A stretch of 64,000 nt of DNA from Candidatus Babeliales bacterium (GCA_963722255.1 CAVRJO010000001.1:544001-608000); one strand, 5' to 3'. Shown: positions 28,561 through 38,347, numbered from the stretch's first letter. Numbers and translations are program-made. The notes: a model not told the origin generated them from the letters alone.

Positions 28561-29622
28561 ATGTTTATTCTTATACTTTTCATTTCATGTTTTAATCTTC
28601 AGGCATTGCATACTTATGATACAACCATTGCACCCCGAAAAACTATAACCGCATTAGAAGTTGCTGCAAATAATCAAGGCCAACTAGTGTACGAAAATAA
28701 TTTGCCTATCCCCAATCCAAAATTTGTTCTTGAGCTTGCAAATGCACGCGTTTATGAAGATGGCCACATTATTACATACGATAATTTTCTTTTAGAAGAT
28801 ACCGTCATTAAGTATCCGGAAAAACCACTATCAGAGTATCATATGCTCCACCGCAATGAACTTCCCAAAGCACACCATTTTAAAGGTAAATTAGCTATCA
28901 TCGCCTCTCCAGGTAGCCAATGCTATTATCATTGGATGTTTCAGATTTTACCCCGCTTAAAAATTCTTAAAGACCTACATATCGAGTATGATGCATTGTA
29001 TATTGAGCCTCTCAGCCATCCATTTCAGCTTGAAACTCTTGCAAAAATTGGAATTGATAACAAAAAAATAGTTTTTGCAAAACCAAATTCACAAATCATT
29101 GCTGATGTTTTACTTGTTCCTTCAATTGCTATTAAAGAACCTTCTTTTGCTTTTCCACAGTGGGTTATTGATTTCTTACGATCAGAATTTCTTGATGCAA
29201 CAAATCTCGAAAAATACAAAAACTCTAAAAAAATTTATATTTCTCGTAGCAAAGCTGCATCACGAAGAATTGTTAATGAAGGTGAAGTTATAAAATTCTT
29301 AGAATCACAAGAATTTACTACTGTACATCTTGAAGACTATTCTTTACTCGAACAAGCAGCCATTATTGCATCAGCCAATACTATTATAAGTCCGCATGGT
29401 TCCGGCCTTTCAAATCTTGTTTTTGCAGATAAAGGAGCACAGGTTATTGAAATTTTTAATCAAGAAGGTTTTAATAAACTATTTTATAATTTATCTCAAT
29501 CGGCTGAACTGCAACATCATGCATTAATTTGTACAGATGAAGAACTTACTTGGGAACAACAACAAAATGAAGATATAGTTGTAGATATACCCAGATTAAA
29601 ATCTTTAATTAATTCAATTTAA
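28561..29622 (+). CDS. Glycosyltransferase family 61 (DUF563) protein
   Basis: YYHWMFQILPRL, IYISRSKAASRRIVNE, IISPHGSGLSN; signal-like N-terminus after AGGAG. Confidence 0.88.
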   Translation: MFILILFISCFNLQALHTYDTTIAPRKTITALEVAANNQGQLVYENNLPIPNPKFVLELANARVYEDGHIITYDNFLLEDTVIKYPEKPLSEYHMLHRNELPKAHHFKGKLAIIASPGSQCYYHWMFQILPRLKILKDLHIEYDALYIEPLSHPFQLETLAKIGIDNKKIVFAKPNSQIIADVLLVPSIAIKEPSFAFPQWVIDFLRSEFLDATNLEKYKNSKKIYISRSKAASRRIVNEGEVIKFLESQEFTTVHLEDYSLLEQAAIIASANTIISPHGSGLSNLVFADKGAQVIEIFNQEGFNKLFYNLSQSAELQHHALICTDEELTWEQQQNEDIVVDIPRLKSLINSI

Positions 29623-29675
29623 TAGAACTACATAAGAACAAAAAACCCGATTCATCCTCAAAAAGATTGCGTAAT

Positions 29676-30131
29676 CTACTTTTTTTCTTCGAGTATAAAT
29701 TGAGATACATTAGGTGCGATGCCTGGTTTTATGCTTATAGTATAATCCTTTTCTTTTTCTTTGGTGGGATTAATTATTATAGGTTCGCTAAAAGCAATAT
29801 ATGGCTGGTTTTGCTTAAAAATTCCTATTGCTGTGAATGAATTATCTTCATCATTACCATAATTGCCTATTTCAAAAAATTTTGTCGTTGAACTATTTGA
29901 ATTTGATTTTGGCTCAATGAGAAGTCCAACACTATTAGCTCCCGAAATAGCTTTAAAAAATGGTGATGGCGAATCATAACCAGCAAAACTTGCTCTTACC
30001 ATTATCGGATACTCCGTTGTGTTATAAATTTTATGTTTTTTAAACCATGCCGGCAGAGTATATGTGGTAGTTGCTGGTAAAATATCAACCATTGAGATCA
30101 AAATAAGTATAAATAATAGTATTTTTTTCAT
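29676..30131 (-). CDS. Secreted hypothetical protein
   Basis: AGGAGAGG RBS, signal-like MKKILLFILIL. Confidence 0.72.
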   Translation of the reverse strand: MKKILLFILILISMVDILPATTTYTLPAWFKKHKIYNTTEYPIMVRASFAGYDSPSPFFKAISGANSVGLLIEPKSNSNSSTTKFFEIGNYGNDEDNSFTAIGIFKQNQPYIAFSEPIIINPTKEKEKDYTISIKPGIAPNVSQFILEEKK

Positions 30132-30267
30132 TAACCTCTCCTTGAAAGAACAAAATTATATTATATATATATAATTGTAATAAATTTATAATAAAGATAT
30201 CAATAGTTTTCATTCAGCTCTATGAATCAAACAAAAAATATTGCCAAAGAAAAAATCTATCGAACTT

Positions 30268-31467
30268 TTACGCTATTACTGAAGAAAGATTAAATAATGG
30301 AACATACACCGCAAAGACAAGTGCAGTAATTAAGAGCCCTAAAATAATCATAAGCAGTGGTTGAACCAACGTTGCCATAGTGGTTAAAAACTTATCAATG
30401 CGCTCTTTATAAACCATTGCAATCTGACCAAAAATAAAAGGTAAGCAACTCGATTCTTGGCCTACTGAAAGCAATGCTTGAACATGTTCTGAAAATAATC
30501 GTGGATCTTGCATCGCAGCTTTACTTAATGAATGTCCTTCTTGCACTGCATCTAGCATCCAACCAATCTGTCCTTGTATGATTCTATTTCCAATTGATTG
30601 ATGAGCAATTGAAAGCGCTGTCATTGTATGCACTCCAGTTTTTGTTAAAATTGCCAATGACTGAAAAAAATAGACAAAGGTTGTATCATAGAGCAATTGC
30701 CCAAGAAATGGAGTATGCACAAGGCAATAGTGCAAAAACCTTTTTACATGAGAAAATGTAAAAAGATACCAGGCGCTTATCATCAAACCGCTACTTGCTA
30801 CCACAAAAAACAACATACTTTTCCAATTACGAACAAAATCACTCACCATAAGAAGAATGTGCGTTGTTGTTGAAAGATTTTGACCAGAAGATACTATCAT
30901 CGAGCCTAGTGTTGGAACTATTACAATAAAAATAACAGACGCAATTGCTATAAAAAAAAGAAATGTAATACAGGGCATCAAAAGCACCGCTTTAACCTTC
31001 TTTTTAAATTGAAAAACCATTTCTTGATGCATACATAAATGCTCGAGCGCTTCAACAAGCTTGCCCGATTCTTCTCCAGTTTCTATCATTTGAACCGTAA
31101 GAGAATCAAACACGGTAGGATAATTCTTTAATGCCATACTTAACCTTGTACCATGCTGAACATCAAGCAAAATATCGTTAATGATTTCTTTAAAAAACTT
31201 CTTCTTTGTATAATGCATAACTAATAACAATGCTTGATCTAGAAAAATTCCTGAACTTAAAAGTAAAGCAATCTGTTTAAAAAAATCGATTTTTTCATGC
31301 AAAGGCAATGTATGAATAATTGGCAAAGGTTTTTTATTGCTACTTGATAGCAGCGCTATATCTTGCTGAAAAAGTTTTAATGCAAGCTCTTGTGTAGAAC
31401 GAACAGCCATAACGCCTGTTCGCTGCGTACCTGAAAGATCTATACCTTTCCACTTTATATAAGCCAT
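30268..31467 (-). CDS. pilC: Type IV pilus/T2SS platform protein (PilC/GspF)
   Basis: FFKQIALLLSSGI, GEESGKL, VGQESS.L, LVQPLLMIILG..VYVPLF. Confidence 0.9.
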   Translation of the reverse strand: MAYIKWKGIDLSGTQRTGVMAVRSTQELALKLFQQDIALLSSSNKKPLPIIHTLPLHEKIDFFKQIALLLSSGIFLDQALLLVMHYTKKKFFKEIINDILLDVQHGTRLSMALKNYPTVFDSLTVQMIETGEESGKLVEALEHLCMHQEMVFQFKKKVKAVLLMPCITFLFFIAIASVIFIVIVPTLGSMIVSSGQNLSTTTHILLMVSDFVRNWKSMLFFVVASSGLMISAWYLFTFSHVKRFLHYCLVHTPFLGQLLYDTTFVYFFQSLAILTKTGVHTMTALSIAHQSIGNRIIQGQIGWMLDAVQEGHSLSKAAMQDPRLFSEHVQALLSVGQESSCLPFIFGQIAMVYKERIDKFLTTMATLVQPLLMIILGLLITALVFAVYVPLFNLSSVIA

Positions 31468-31481
31468 TTTTTCCGCCTTTT

Positions 31482-31781
31482 TTAATTAAAAAGCTTTTCC
31501 TGCTTATCAAGGGGCGCTACCTGCAATAGTTTCATAAGCTGTTCAAACGTATCCAGCCCTTCAATCTTAATCTTCTTCTTTCTTGAGATGTCACCAGATA
31601 AAAGCATAATCGAAGCTTGAGGAATTTTTAAAGACTTTGAAAGCATACCTATAAGCTCTTTATTAGCTAATCCCCGTTCTGGTTGACTTTTTAGATAACA
31701 TTTAAGTTCACCTGATTTATCAAGAATGCATTCCTGTCTTCCTGATGAAGGAACAACTTTTACCATAAAAATTAATGCCAT
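31482..31781 (-). CDS. DUF167 (YggU-like) protein
   Basis: VKVVP, PERGLANKELI..LSK.LKIP..I.LLSG..SRKK. Confidence 0.88.
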   Translation of the reverse strand: MALIFMVKVVPSSGRQECILDKSGELKCYLKSQPERGLANKELIGMLSKSLKIPQASIMLLSGDISRKKKIKIEGLDTFEQLMKLLQVAPLDKQEKLFN

Positions 31782-31908
31782 AGCTCTTCAAAATTTAAAA
31801 AAGTTTGTAATTACTCTAAATCGCTCTCATCATTGTATAGTGAAAAGCATATTAGTGCTTGCATAAATTAGTAAATATTTTATTCTAGATATGTGTTTCT
31901 TGCGTTAA

Positions 31909-31999
31909 GGAGAGATGGCTGAGCGGCTTAAAGCACTTGCCTGCTAAGCAAGAGTTCCAGAAATGGGGCACGAGGGTTCGAATCCCTCTCTCTCCACCA
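31909..31999 (+). tRNA. tRNA-Ser(GCT)
   Basis: GGAGAGATGGCTGAGCGGCTTAAAGC, CTTGC-CT-GCT-AA-GCAAG, long variable arm, GGTTCGAATCC, ends CTCCACCA. Confidence 0.96.
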
Positions 32000-32157
32000 G
32001 TCTTCGTTTATCCAGGCCTTCCGGCTTGGCAAACTACGCCTGGCTTCGCCGGTTAATGAAAAAATTTCATAACTGGGTTGCTTCGCAAGCTCGCAATGAC
32101 ATTTTTTAGAATTGGCTTTGCATAAAGCAATGATACGTATTTAATTGAAATTAACAT

Positions 32158-32234
32158 GCGCCTATAGCTCAATTGGATAGAGCGTCAGACTACGGATCTG
32201 AAGGTTTAAGGTTCGACTCCTTATAGGCGCACCA
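32158..32234 (+). tRNA. tRNA-Arg(ACG)
   Basis: GCGCCTATAGCTCAATTGGATAGAGC, TCAGA-CT-ACG-GA-TCTGA, GGTTCGACTCC, ends GGCGCACCA. Confidence 0.97.
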
Positions 32235-32258
32235 GTCATTTCTTTCAGAAATGACTGG
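32232..32258 (+). repeat. tRNA 3'-trailer hairpin repeat
   Basis: CCAGTCATTTCT-TTC-AGAAATGACTGG perfect palindrome including the tRNA CCA; near-identical copies at 33245-33271 and 26106-26132 (minus). Confidence 0.85.
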
Positions 32259-32516
32259 CAGGCCAGTTTATTCCGGCCAAGCCATCTGGCAAGACGGAAC
32301 AACTTAACTTCCCCAATCCTTTCGTAACCTGTTCTTTACTATGTTTCTAAAAGTCTATCCCCCCAAGGGTTTTTATCAGATATAATAGCCCATTTTTGAA
32401 TACAAATGGAAATAACTAACAAAATATCCCTTCACAGACTGTATTTTTTTATAAATTATGGTATGCTATTTGTTGATAGTATAGCTAATTACTTCAATAT
32501 ATCGAAAGTTATTATT

Positions 32517-33050
32517 ATGAAACTAATATATGCAAAGATTATTCTAACGACCCTTTTTGGAGCTTCAATTTTTAATACAATTTCTATGGAAAACGATACT
32601 AATATCGCAAAAGTAGATTGTAAGAATGTAGTAATTATTGCCAAAAAAAACTCAGACTTTTTTCTTGAATATTGCGAACAATTACAAGCAGAAAACAATC
32701 CTACTTTGAGCAGAGAAATTAAAGCATTTCAAAAAAAAATAAACTATTATACAAAGTTTATAGACACATTAGAAAATATAAAGAAGGAATATCCTTTTGA
32801 CTTTTATATTTATGTTCCCTTATTTGTAAAAAAATATTTTTCACATTTTAATAGGTGCATTCATGGCATAAATACACATTTCCCGAGCTATGATATATCG
32901 GAAATTGTAAAGTGCTGTCACGAAGACCGTGTATTTCTAGGGCCCATAAATCAGAATGCAGATATTGCGATTGAAAGGCTTTTCAGTCATGTTGAAGAAA
33001 AAAAATCAAATCTACGCAACAGTAATTACCCAAAGCCTTTGCGTGTCTAA
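32517..33050 (+). CDS. Secreted hypothetical protein
   Basis: MKLIYAKIILTTLFGASIFNTISMEN signal plus SME motif. Confidence 0.72.
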   Translation: MKLIYAKIILTTLFGASIFNTISMENDTNIAKVDCKNVVIIAKKNSDFFLEYCEQLQAENNPTLSREIKAFQKKINYYTKFIDTLENIKKEYPFDFYIYVPLFVKKYFSHFNRCIHGINTHFPSYDISEIVKCCHEDRVFLGPINQNADIAIERLFSHVEEKKSNLRNSNYPKPLRV

Positions 33051-33155
33051 TCAAGATTCGTGTAACTGAAATTTCTATAAAAAAGAAATTTTCTTACTCA
33101 GAACAATTTTGATTTTTTTATATTTTGCTTTACACTAAAAACTAAGATTTTTACT

Positions 33156-33247
33156 GGAGAGATGGCAGAGCGGTCGAATGCGGCGGTCTTGAAAACCGTT
33201 ATCCCGAGTGATCGGGATCGTGGGTTCGAATCCCACTCTCTCCTCCA
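33156..33247 (+). tRNA. tRNA-Ser(TGA)
   Basis: GGAGAGATGGCAGAGCGGTCGAATGC, GCGGT-CT-TGA-AA-ACCGT, long variable arm, GGTTCGAATCC, ends CTCCTCCA. Confidence 0.96.
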
Positions 33248-33336
33248 GTCATTTCTTTCAGAAATGACTGACAGGCCAGACTTCGCTAACCTATCCTTCG
33301 AAAAGCTCATAGAGCATCAGTTTAAAATTTATAAAT

Positions 33337-33478
33337 ATCCTCCGGTAGCTACACGTGAACCTGGAATTTTGATGCGTCAGCATCAACAATGGAATGGTTC
33401 ATATTGGAGCGGGAGAGGGATCAAACGGAACCGTTTGTGCCCTTTTGTCTGCAGTATTTTGGGCATGCAAAATACTGC
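33337..33478 (+). ncRNA. Structured repeat / candidate ncRNA, copy A
   Basis: CCGGTAGC..CGTGAACC..GGTTCATATTGGAGCGG, CAAACGG/CCGTTTG and GCAGTATTTTG/CAAAATACTGC stems. Confidence 0.65.
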
Positions 33479-33586
33479 TAATAAAAAAATCCTTTGGTAT
33501 CTGGATTGTGTTAAAAAAGGAAAAAAAAGAAAATGCGATAAATTTGTAAAGCAAGTTGAACGCTTAAAACTTTATAAAAAAATCTA

Positions 33587-33630
33587 AAAAAAAGGCAGAG
33601 CCGGTAATTAAATTTGGCTCTGCCTTTTTT
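33587..33630. terminator. Bidirectional intrinsic terminator
   Basis: AAAAAAAGGCAGAGCC...GGCTCTGCCTTTTTT. Confidence 0.85.
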
Positions 33631-33647
33631 CTAAAAAATTTCTATTC

Positions 33648-34490
33648 TTAACTACAAAGATGAGTTAAGCCATAAGAAACAAGAGCTCCTAACAAAAATC
33701 CTGGTAAGAATCCATCTCCAGAATCCCCTTTAGGCTTAGAATCGGTTGATCCCTGCGCAGAATTGGAATATGCACCAGCGTTACGCAAAAAATTAGCAAC
33801 ATCTCTATAACCTTTAGCATAATCAAGAACTGTTTTCCCAAAATTTGTTCGAGCGTTAACATTTGCACCATGTTGTACTAAAAGTCTGCATGTTTCTTTA
33901 TGCCCTTTTTGTGCCGCCCACATTAATGCCGTTGATCCCCAATTGGTTCGTACATCAACAAAAGCCCTATGCTTAAGTAACAGTTCGCAAACAGCAGTAT
34001 GACCATGCTCTGCAGCATACATTAAGGCAGTTTTACCATCATTTGTACATGCAGAAATCTTAGCCCCATCCTCAAGTAGAATCCTACACGCTTTTTTATG
34101 ACCATTTTGAGCTGCCCACATTAAGGGAGTCGAACCCCAGTTGGTTTGTGCATTAACATTGGCACCTAAAATGATAAGCTTTCTGCACGTAAGAAAATTA
34201 CCAGACTCTGCAGCAAATGCTAATGCTGTTTTACCCTCTTTATTGGCTCCATTAATACGAGTCCCAAGATCAAGAAGTGGTACTAATAAATCATTATATC
34301 CATACTTTGCTGCATCAAAAAATGCTTGTTGGTAATTGTTACCATACTTTTCCAAAAATTGCCAAACCGATTCTCTAGGAGACCGATATTCATAATATTC
34401 TTGATTCTTAGGGTAATACCCAAAATCGCCACTGCCAGCATATGCTGCTGCAGAAAATAACAGTAAAGAAGCTACTGTAGAAAATTTCAT
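33648..34490 (-). CDS. Secreted ankyrin-repeat protein with C-terminal hydrophobic tail
   Basis: Signal peptide; about 5 ANK repeats (GSTPLMWAAQNGH, GKTALMYAAEHGH); C-terminal FLPGFLLGALVSYGL. Confidence 0.93.
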   Translation of the reverse strand: MKFSTVASLLLFSAAAYAGSGDFGYYPKNQEYYEYRSPRESVWQFLEKYGNNYQQAFFDAAKYGYNDLLVPLLDLGTRINGANKEGKTALAFAAESGNFLTCRKLIILGANVNAQTNWGSTPLMWAAQNGHKKACRILLEDGAKISACTNDGKTALMYAAEHGHTAVCELLLKHRAFVDVRTNWGSTALMWAAQKGHKETCRLLVQHGANVNARTNFGKTVLDYAKGYRDVANFLRNAGAYSNSAQGSTDSKPKGDSGDGFLPGFLLGALVSYGLTHLCS

Positions 34491-34673
34491 AAAAATCCCT
34501 TCCTAAAACTGAAGTTATTATAACTTTTACCCTACAAAGGATAACAGCGTCAATCCTATCTGTCAAAACTATAAAATTCTAACTTATTTAAAATTTCAGC
34601 ACAACGCAATAGACCATTGTAGTAAATAGGTGTATACTGGTAAAAAGATCTATTATTAAAATGAGGTTGTGTA

Positions 34674-36281
34674 ATGCTTACAAAAGCTCTAATTAAAAAA
34701 ATTCTATTAGTATTTATCATATCAGGTGGGGCTAGTTACTATTTTTTTCAAAAAGAGATGGTAAACCTTGGAACCAAATCTGATGAAAAAGCTCTTGCCA
34801 TAAAACCGGAATGCCTTTCTTCAAGCAAGCCTTCAACGCAATCATCATTTAGCGGAAGCAAAAATAAGGGTTTTGAATCGGTCACCCAAACAACTCCTTT
34901 ACAAAAATTATCAGTTGTTGGAGCTCTTCCGGCCTGGCTTAAGGGCACACTTATTGGAACGGGTCCTGCTCAATTTGAATTAGGACCAACAAAAGCGGCC
35001 TACTGGTTTAATGGACTTGCACTGCTACATGGTTTTTATTGTGACGGCAGTTCCATTTCGTATCAAAATAGCTTTTTGGATAGTGTTTATTATCAGCGCT
35101 GTATGAAAAATGGCAGATTTGATAGTAGTATGAGCACGGAAAAACCTAAAGGCTTCTTTTCTCGTCTTGCATCTGCTGCTTTAGGAGCTCCTGAGCCATA
35201 TGATAACGGGAATCTCGCCATAGCACACTTGAATGATAAAGTTATTGCTCTTACTGAAACAACATTAGGAGTGCAAATCGATCCTCTTACGTTAAAAACG
35301 ATTGCGCCTTTTAATCTTAACGATTATTTAGAAGGGCATCTTACTACCATAAATTTTTTATATGATGCATCTAATCAGACCTACTATAATTACCTCATAA
35401 ACTTTGGCACGACCAGTAATTATGTTGTCTACAAGATTGGGGCTGATTCAATCGCCAAACAACTAAATACAACATCGGTAAAAATGCCCTCCTATATGCG
35501 CAGCATGGCGATGACAAAAAACTATATCATACTTATAGAAATTCCTTTTGTGGTTAATCCTATGGATCTCCTTTTAGGAGCAGGAGCATTTATCGAAAAA
35601 GTTCAATGGAAACCCGAATTAGGGACAAACTTCATAGTAATTGACAAAAACAGTGGCGCAACCGTTAAAACATTGCACACTCAGACTCCCTTTTTAGTTT
35701 TTTCAACAATTAATGCTTTTGAAAAAAATGATGAATTAGTGATAGATTGTGTTGCTTATAATGATGCTCAGATTATTCCCTATACAAAGGTCGATTCATT
35801 ACACAGCACCAATGAGCATGAGTTTGAACCTTCATATTATACGCGGATAAAGCTTAATCTCGCAAACTCGTCAGTGATACATAAACAACTGTGCACATCA
35901 ACACTCGCGTCTCCTACCTTCAATAAATCCTTACGCATGGAACCTTATTCATTTGTGTATGGTATAAGTGCATCGGAACCGCATAAATTCCCACACAAAA
36001 TAATAAAAATTAATACACAAAATGGTTCACTACAAGAATGGCAACAGCAAGGATGTTATGCAAATGAACCGATCTTTGTTCCTGCCCCTCACGCAAGCAA
36101 AGAAGATGATGGCGTGATTCTATCGCTAATTTTTGACAGCGGTGCAAACAAATCATTCTTACTCATACTTGATGCTGCAACATTGCAAGAAATTGCACGA
36201 GCGTATCTACCCACTCCTCTACCATTAGGCGTTGCCGGAACATTCCTTTACAACGAATCAATGAAAGTAAATCCTGCATGA
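34674..36281 (+). CDS. Carotenoid oxygenase (RPE65/CCD) family protein, lacking the four catalytic His
   Basis: G.LP.WLKG.L..GP, WF.GLA.LH, ALTE, EPIFVP.P....EDDGVILS, FLLILDA..L.EIARA; N-terminal TM. Confidence 0.9.
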   Translation: MLTKALIKKILLVFIISGGASYYFFQKEMVNLGTKSDEKALAIKPECLSSSKPSTQSSFSGSKNKGFESVTQTTPLQKLSVVGALPAWLKGTLIGTGPAQFELGPTKAAYWFNGLALLHGFYCDGSSISYQNSFLDSVYYQRCMKNGRFDSSMSTEKPKGFFSRLASAALGAPEPYDNGNLAIAHLNDKVIALTETTLGVQIDPLTLKTIAPFNLNDYLEGHLTTINFLYDASNQTYYNYLINFGTTSNYVVYKIGADSIAKQLNTTSVKMPSYMRSMAMTKNYIILIEIPFVVNPMDLLLGAGAFIEKVQWKPELGTNFIVIDKNSGATVKTLHTQTPFLVFSTINAFEKNDELVIDCVAYNDAQIIPYTKVDSLHSTNEHEFEPSYYTRIKLNLANSSVIHKQLCTSTLASPTFNKSLRMEPYSFVYGISASEPHKFPHKIIKINTQNGSLQEWQQQGCYANEPIFVPAPHASKEDDGVILSLIFDSGANKSFLLILDAATLQEIARAYLPTPLPLGVAGTFLYNESMKVNPA

Positions 36282-37036
36282 ACAAACAGCTCGATTCATA
36301 TTATCAGCTATCAACACAATTTTATGATCTTGAAAAACCTCATGCAACCGCCAATGAACTTTCATGGTATATGCATTATGCACAGCAAGCCAATGGACCT
36401 ATTCTTGAGCCCATGTGCGGAACCGGACGTTACATAATCCCCATGCTTGAAAAAGGACTCGATGTTGAAGGATTTGATGCTTCAGAACATATGCTTGTAG
36501 CATTACAAGAAAAATGCTCTCAAAAAAATCTCGTTCCAAAAGTTCAACGCTGTTTCATACAAGAATTTAAATCTGAACGACGCTACGCTCTTATTTTTAT
36601 CCCAAGCGGATCATTTGGGCTCATAACTAATAAAGATGAAGTTAAACACTGTTTACAAAATATACATGATCACCTTATTCCCGGTGGTAAATTTGTTTTT
36701 GAAGTTGATACACCACAAGCTATCACTGCTTCATTAAATAGTTGGAATAGTTCAACCTATAAAAAAAATGATGGCACTCTTATTATTGGCCACCAACGTC
36801 CTTCATATAATCCAAAAAGCCAAATCGTTACTATTGCCTGCCATTATGAACTAAAAGATCACAATGGTCTTATTGCTTGCGAATCTGAAAAAGTTCAACT
36901 ACGGCTTTACAAGCGATATGAAATTGATTCTCTGCTTAAAGAGATCGGATTTTCTTTTGTTACCTATAAAGCGCATCACAAAATTATTGCAAATGAATTT
37001 GATTCAACGCTTATTTATGAATGCAAGAAAGTATAA
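36278..37036 (+). CDS. Class I SAM-dependent methyltransferase
   Basis: ILEPMCGTGR, GFDAS, LIPGGKFVFE; ATGA overlap with the upstream gene. Confidence 0.9.
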   Translation: MNKQLDSYYQLSTQFYDLEKPHATANELSWYMHYAQQANGPILEPMCGTGRYIIPMLEKGLDVEGFDASEHMLVALQEKCSQKNLVPKVQRCFIQEFKSERRYALIFIPSGSFGLITNKDEVKHCLQNIHDHLIPGGKFVFEVDTPQAITASLNSWNSSTYKKNDGTLIIGHQRPSYNPKSQIVTIACHYELKDHNGLIACESEKVQLRLYKRYEIDSLLKEIGFSFVTYKAHHKIIANEFDSTLIYECKKV

Positions 37037-37047
37037 GAAGATTAATC

Positions 37048-37806
37048 TTATTTTCTTATAAACCATGGAATAAAAACAGATGTTTTTCGTTTATATTCTT
37101 GATATTCAGAACTGTTTTCCATCGCTTTTTCAACCCACGGAATGCCCGTTACAAAAACAAGTAAACAAGTAATCGTAACTGGTGCAATAACAGCAGTTAA
37201 ACCATACGGCACTATTGATGCTATGCAAAAAATTCCCCACCACATCATTGATTCGCCAAAATAGTTAGGATGACGAGAATACCGCCAAAGGCCAAAACGC
37301 ATTACGCGGCCTTTATTGAGCGCATTATGCATAAACTTGTATAATTGGTAATCACTGATCGATTCAAAACAAAAACCAAAAAGCCATAATGCTAAACCAA
37401 AAAAATCAAAAAAAGATAAACCGCGCTGAATGTTATAGGTGTTAACTAAAATCGCGGGATAACTCATGATTGCAATCAAGAGCGTTTGCCCAAAAACCCA
37501 GAGTATGTTGATAAAAAGAGCTTTCAATCCTTGCCATTTCCATGCAGCAAATCGTGGATCTTTTCCGGTATAGCGAATATATACATAGGAAATAAGTCGT
37601 AGCGCCCAAAGCACGATAAGAGATGTTATCAGCATTTGTTGCGGCAAAAAAGAGCTCATTTTAAAAAATGTAAAAAGAGCTACCAGCATAACGCCACCGC
37701 CCCATGTAAAATTTGCAATACTTGTATCGCCTTTGAACTGCACTAATGCAACCATACACGATAAATATATAAAGAGTAAACTTACTCCACAAATAAGTTC
37801 AGACAT
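37048..37806 (-). CDS. DUF1295 / steroid 5-alpha-reductase-like membrane protein
   Basis: WALRL, D.RF, ESISDYQL..F, GLWRYSRHPNYFGE..WWG, GIP..E, Y.EY.R.TS.FIPW. Confidence 0.9.
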   Translation of the reverse strand: MSELICGVSLLFIYLSCMVALVQFKGDTSIANFTWGGGVMLVALFTFFKMSSFLPQQMLITSLIVLWALRLISYVYIRYTGKDPRFAAWKWQGLKALFINILWVFGQTLLIAIMSYPAILVNTYNIQRGLSFFDFFGLALWLFGFCFESISDYQLYKFMHNALNKGRVMRFGLWRYSRHPNYFGESMMWWGIFCIASIVPYGLTAVIAPVTITCLLVFVTGIPWVEKAMENSSEYQEYKRKTSVFIPWFIRK

Positions 37807-37969
37807 ACATTCCTTTATAGTATAGATGATTATTTATATATAGTAGCTTTATAAAATTGGTATTAATTTATCAATTATTTTAAATAGAGAAACATTTTTC
37901 ATTTGAGTTAATTATGATACAATTAGCATGTAATAAATGACACGAATATTTTATTATTAGAAAGGTCAT

Positions 37970-38347
37970 GTGTTTATTGTAAAAAAAATTTTCCCAGTTA
38001 TTATGGCAATTTCATTTTATGTATTGTGTATGGCGCATCAAGCAACAGCCGTTTTTACTTTGTCCGATGTTACAGACATTTTGTGTTTTGAAGTTACAAT
38101 TTATGATAGCAAAACTCAAGAATCTGTAAGGCCAGTACGTAATACACGGTTTAGATTGCCCGGTATTAAATTAATTAGAAATGAAACCGCTTTATGGGAT
38201 AATAGAAAAATACAGAGCCATTGTGTAATTAGTATAATGCCCATAGAAATTCTTACGATCTGTTTAGGTATAAAATATGTTCCTAAACTCTATCAACTCA
38301 TCAGGGATATTAGATACACGAATGCATCAGTTGTAAATAGTAATTAA
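37970..38347 (+). CDS. Hypothetical exported/membrane protein
   Basis: 125-aa ORF from GTG, AAGG RBS, signal-like N-terminus. Confidence 0.5.
   Translation: MFIVKKIFPVIMAISFYVLCMAHQATAVFTLSDVTDILCFEVTIYDSKTQESVRPVRNTRFRLPGIKLIRNETALWDNRKIQSHCVISIMPIEILTICLGIKYVPKLYQLIRDIRYTNASVVNSN

Noticed and set aside
33156..33247. Selenocysteine or suppressor tRNA
   Set aside because: Anticodon is TGA (reads UCA, Ser), not TCA; normal 7-bp acceptor stem
33337..33478. Assignment of the structured motif to hammerhead, twister, pistol, HDV/theta ribozymes, c-di-GMP-II, SRP or 5S RNA
   Set aside because: Diagnostic cores (CUGAnGA/GAAA, HDV L3/P1.1, SRP CAGG/GGAA/AGCA etc.) were not found by eye; an Rfam scan is needed
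33098..33587. ORFs 33162-33587 (+) and 33098-33310 (-)
   Set aside because: Translations of tRNA-Ser, its trailer and the structured repeat
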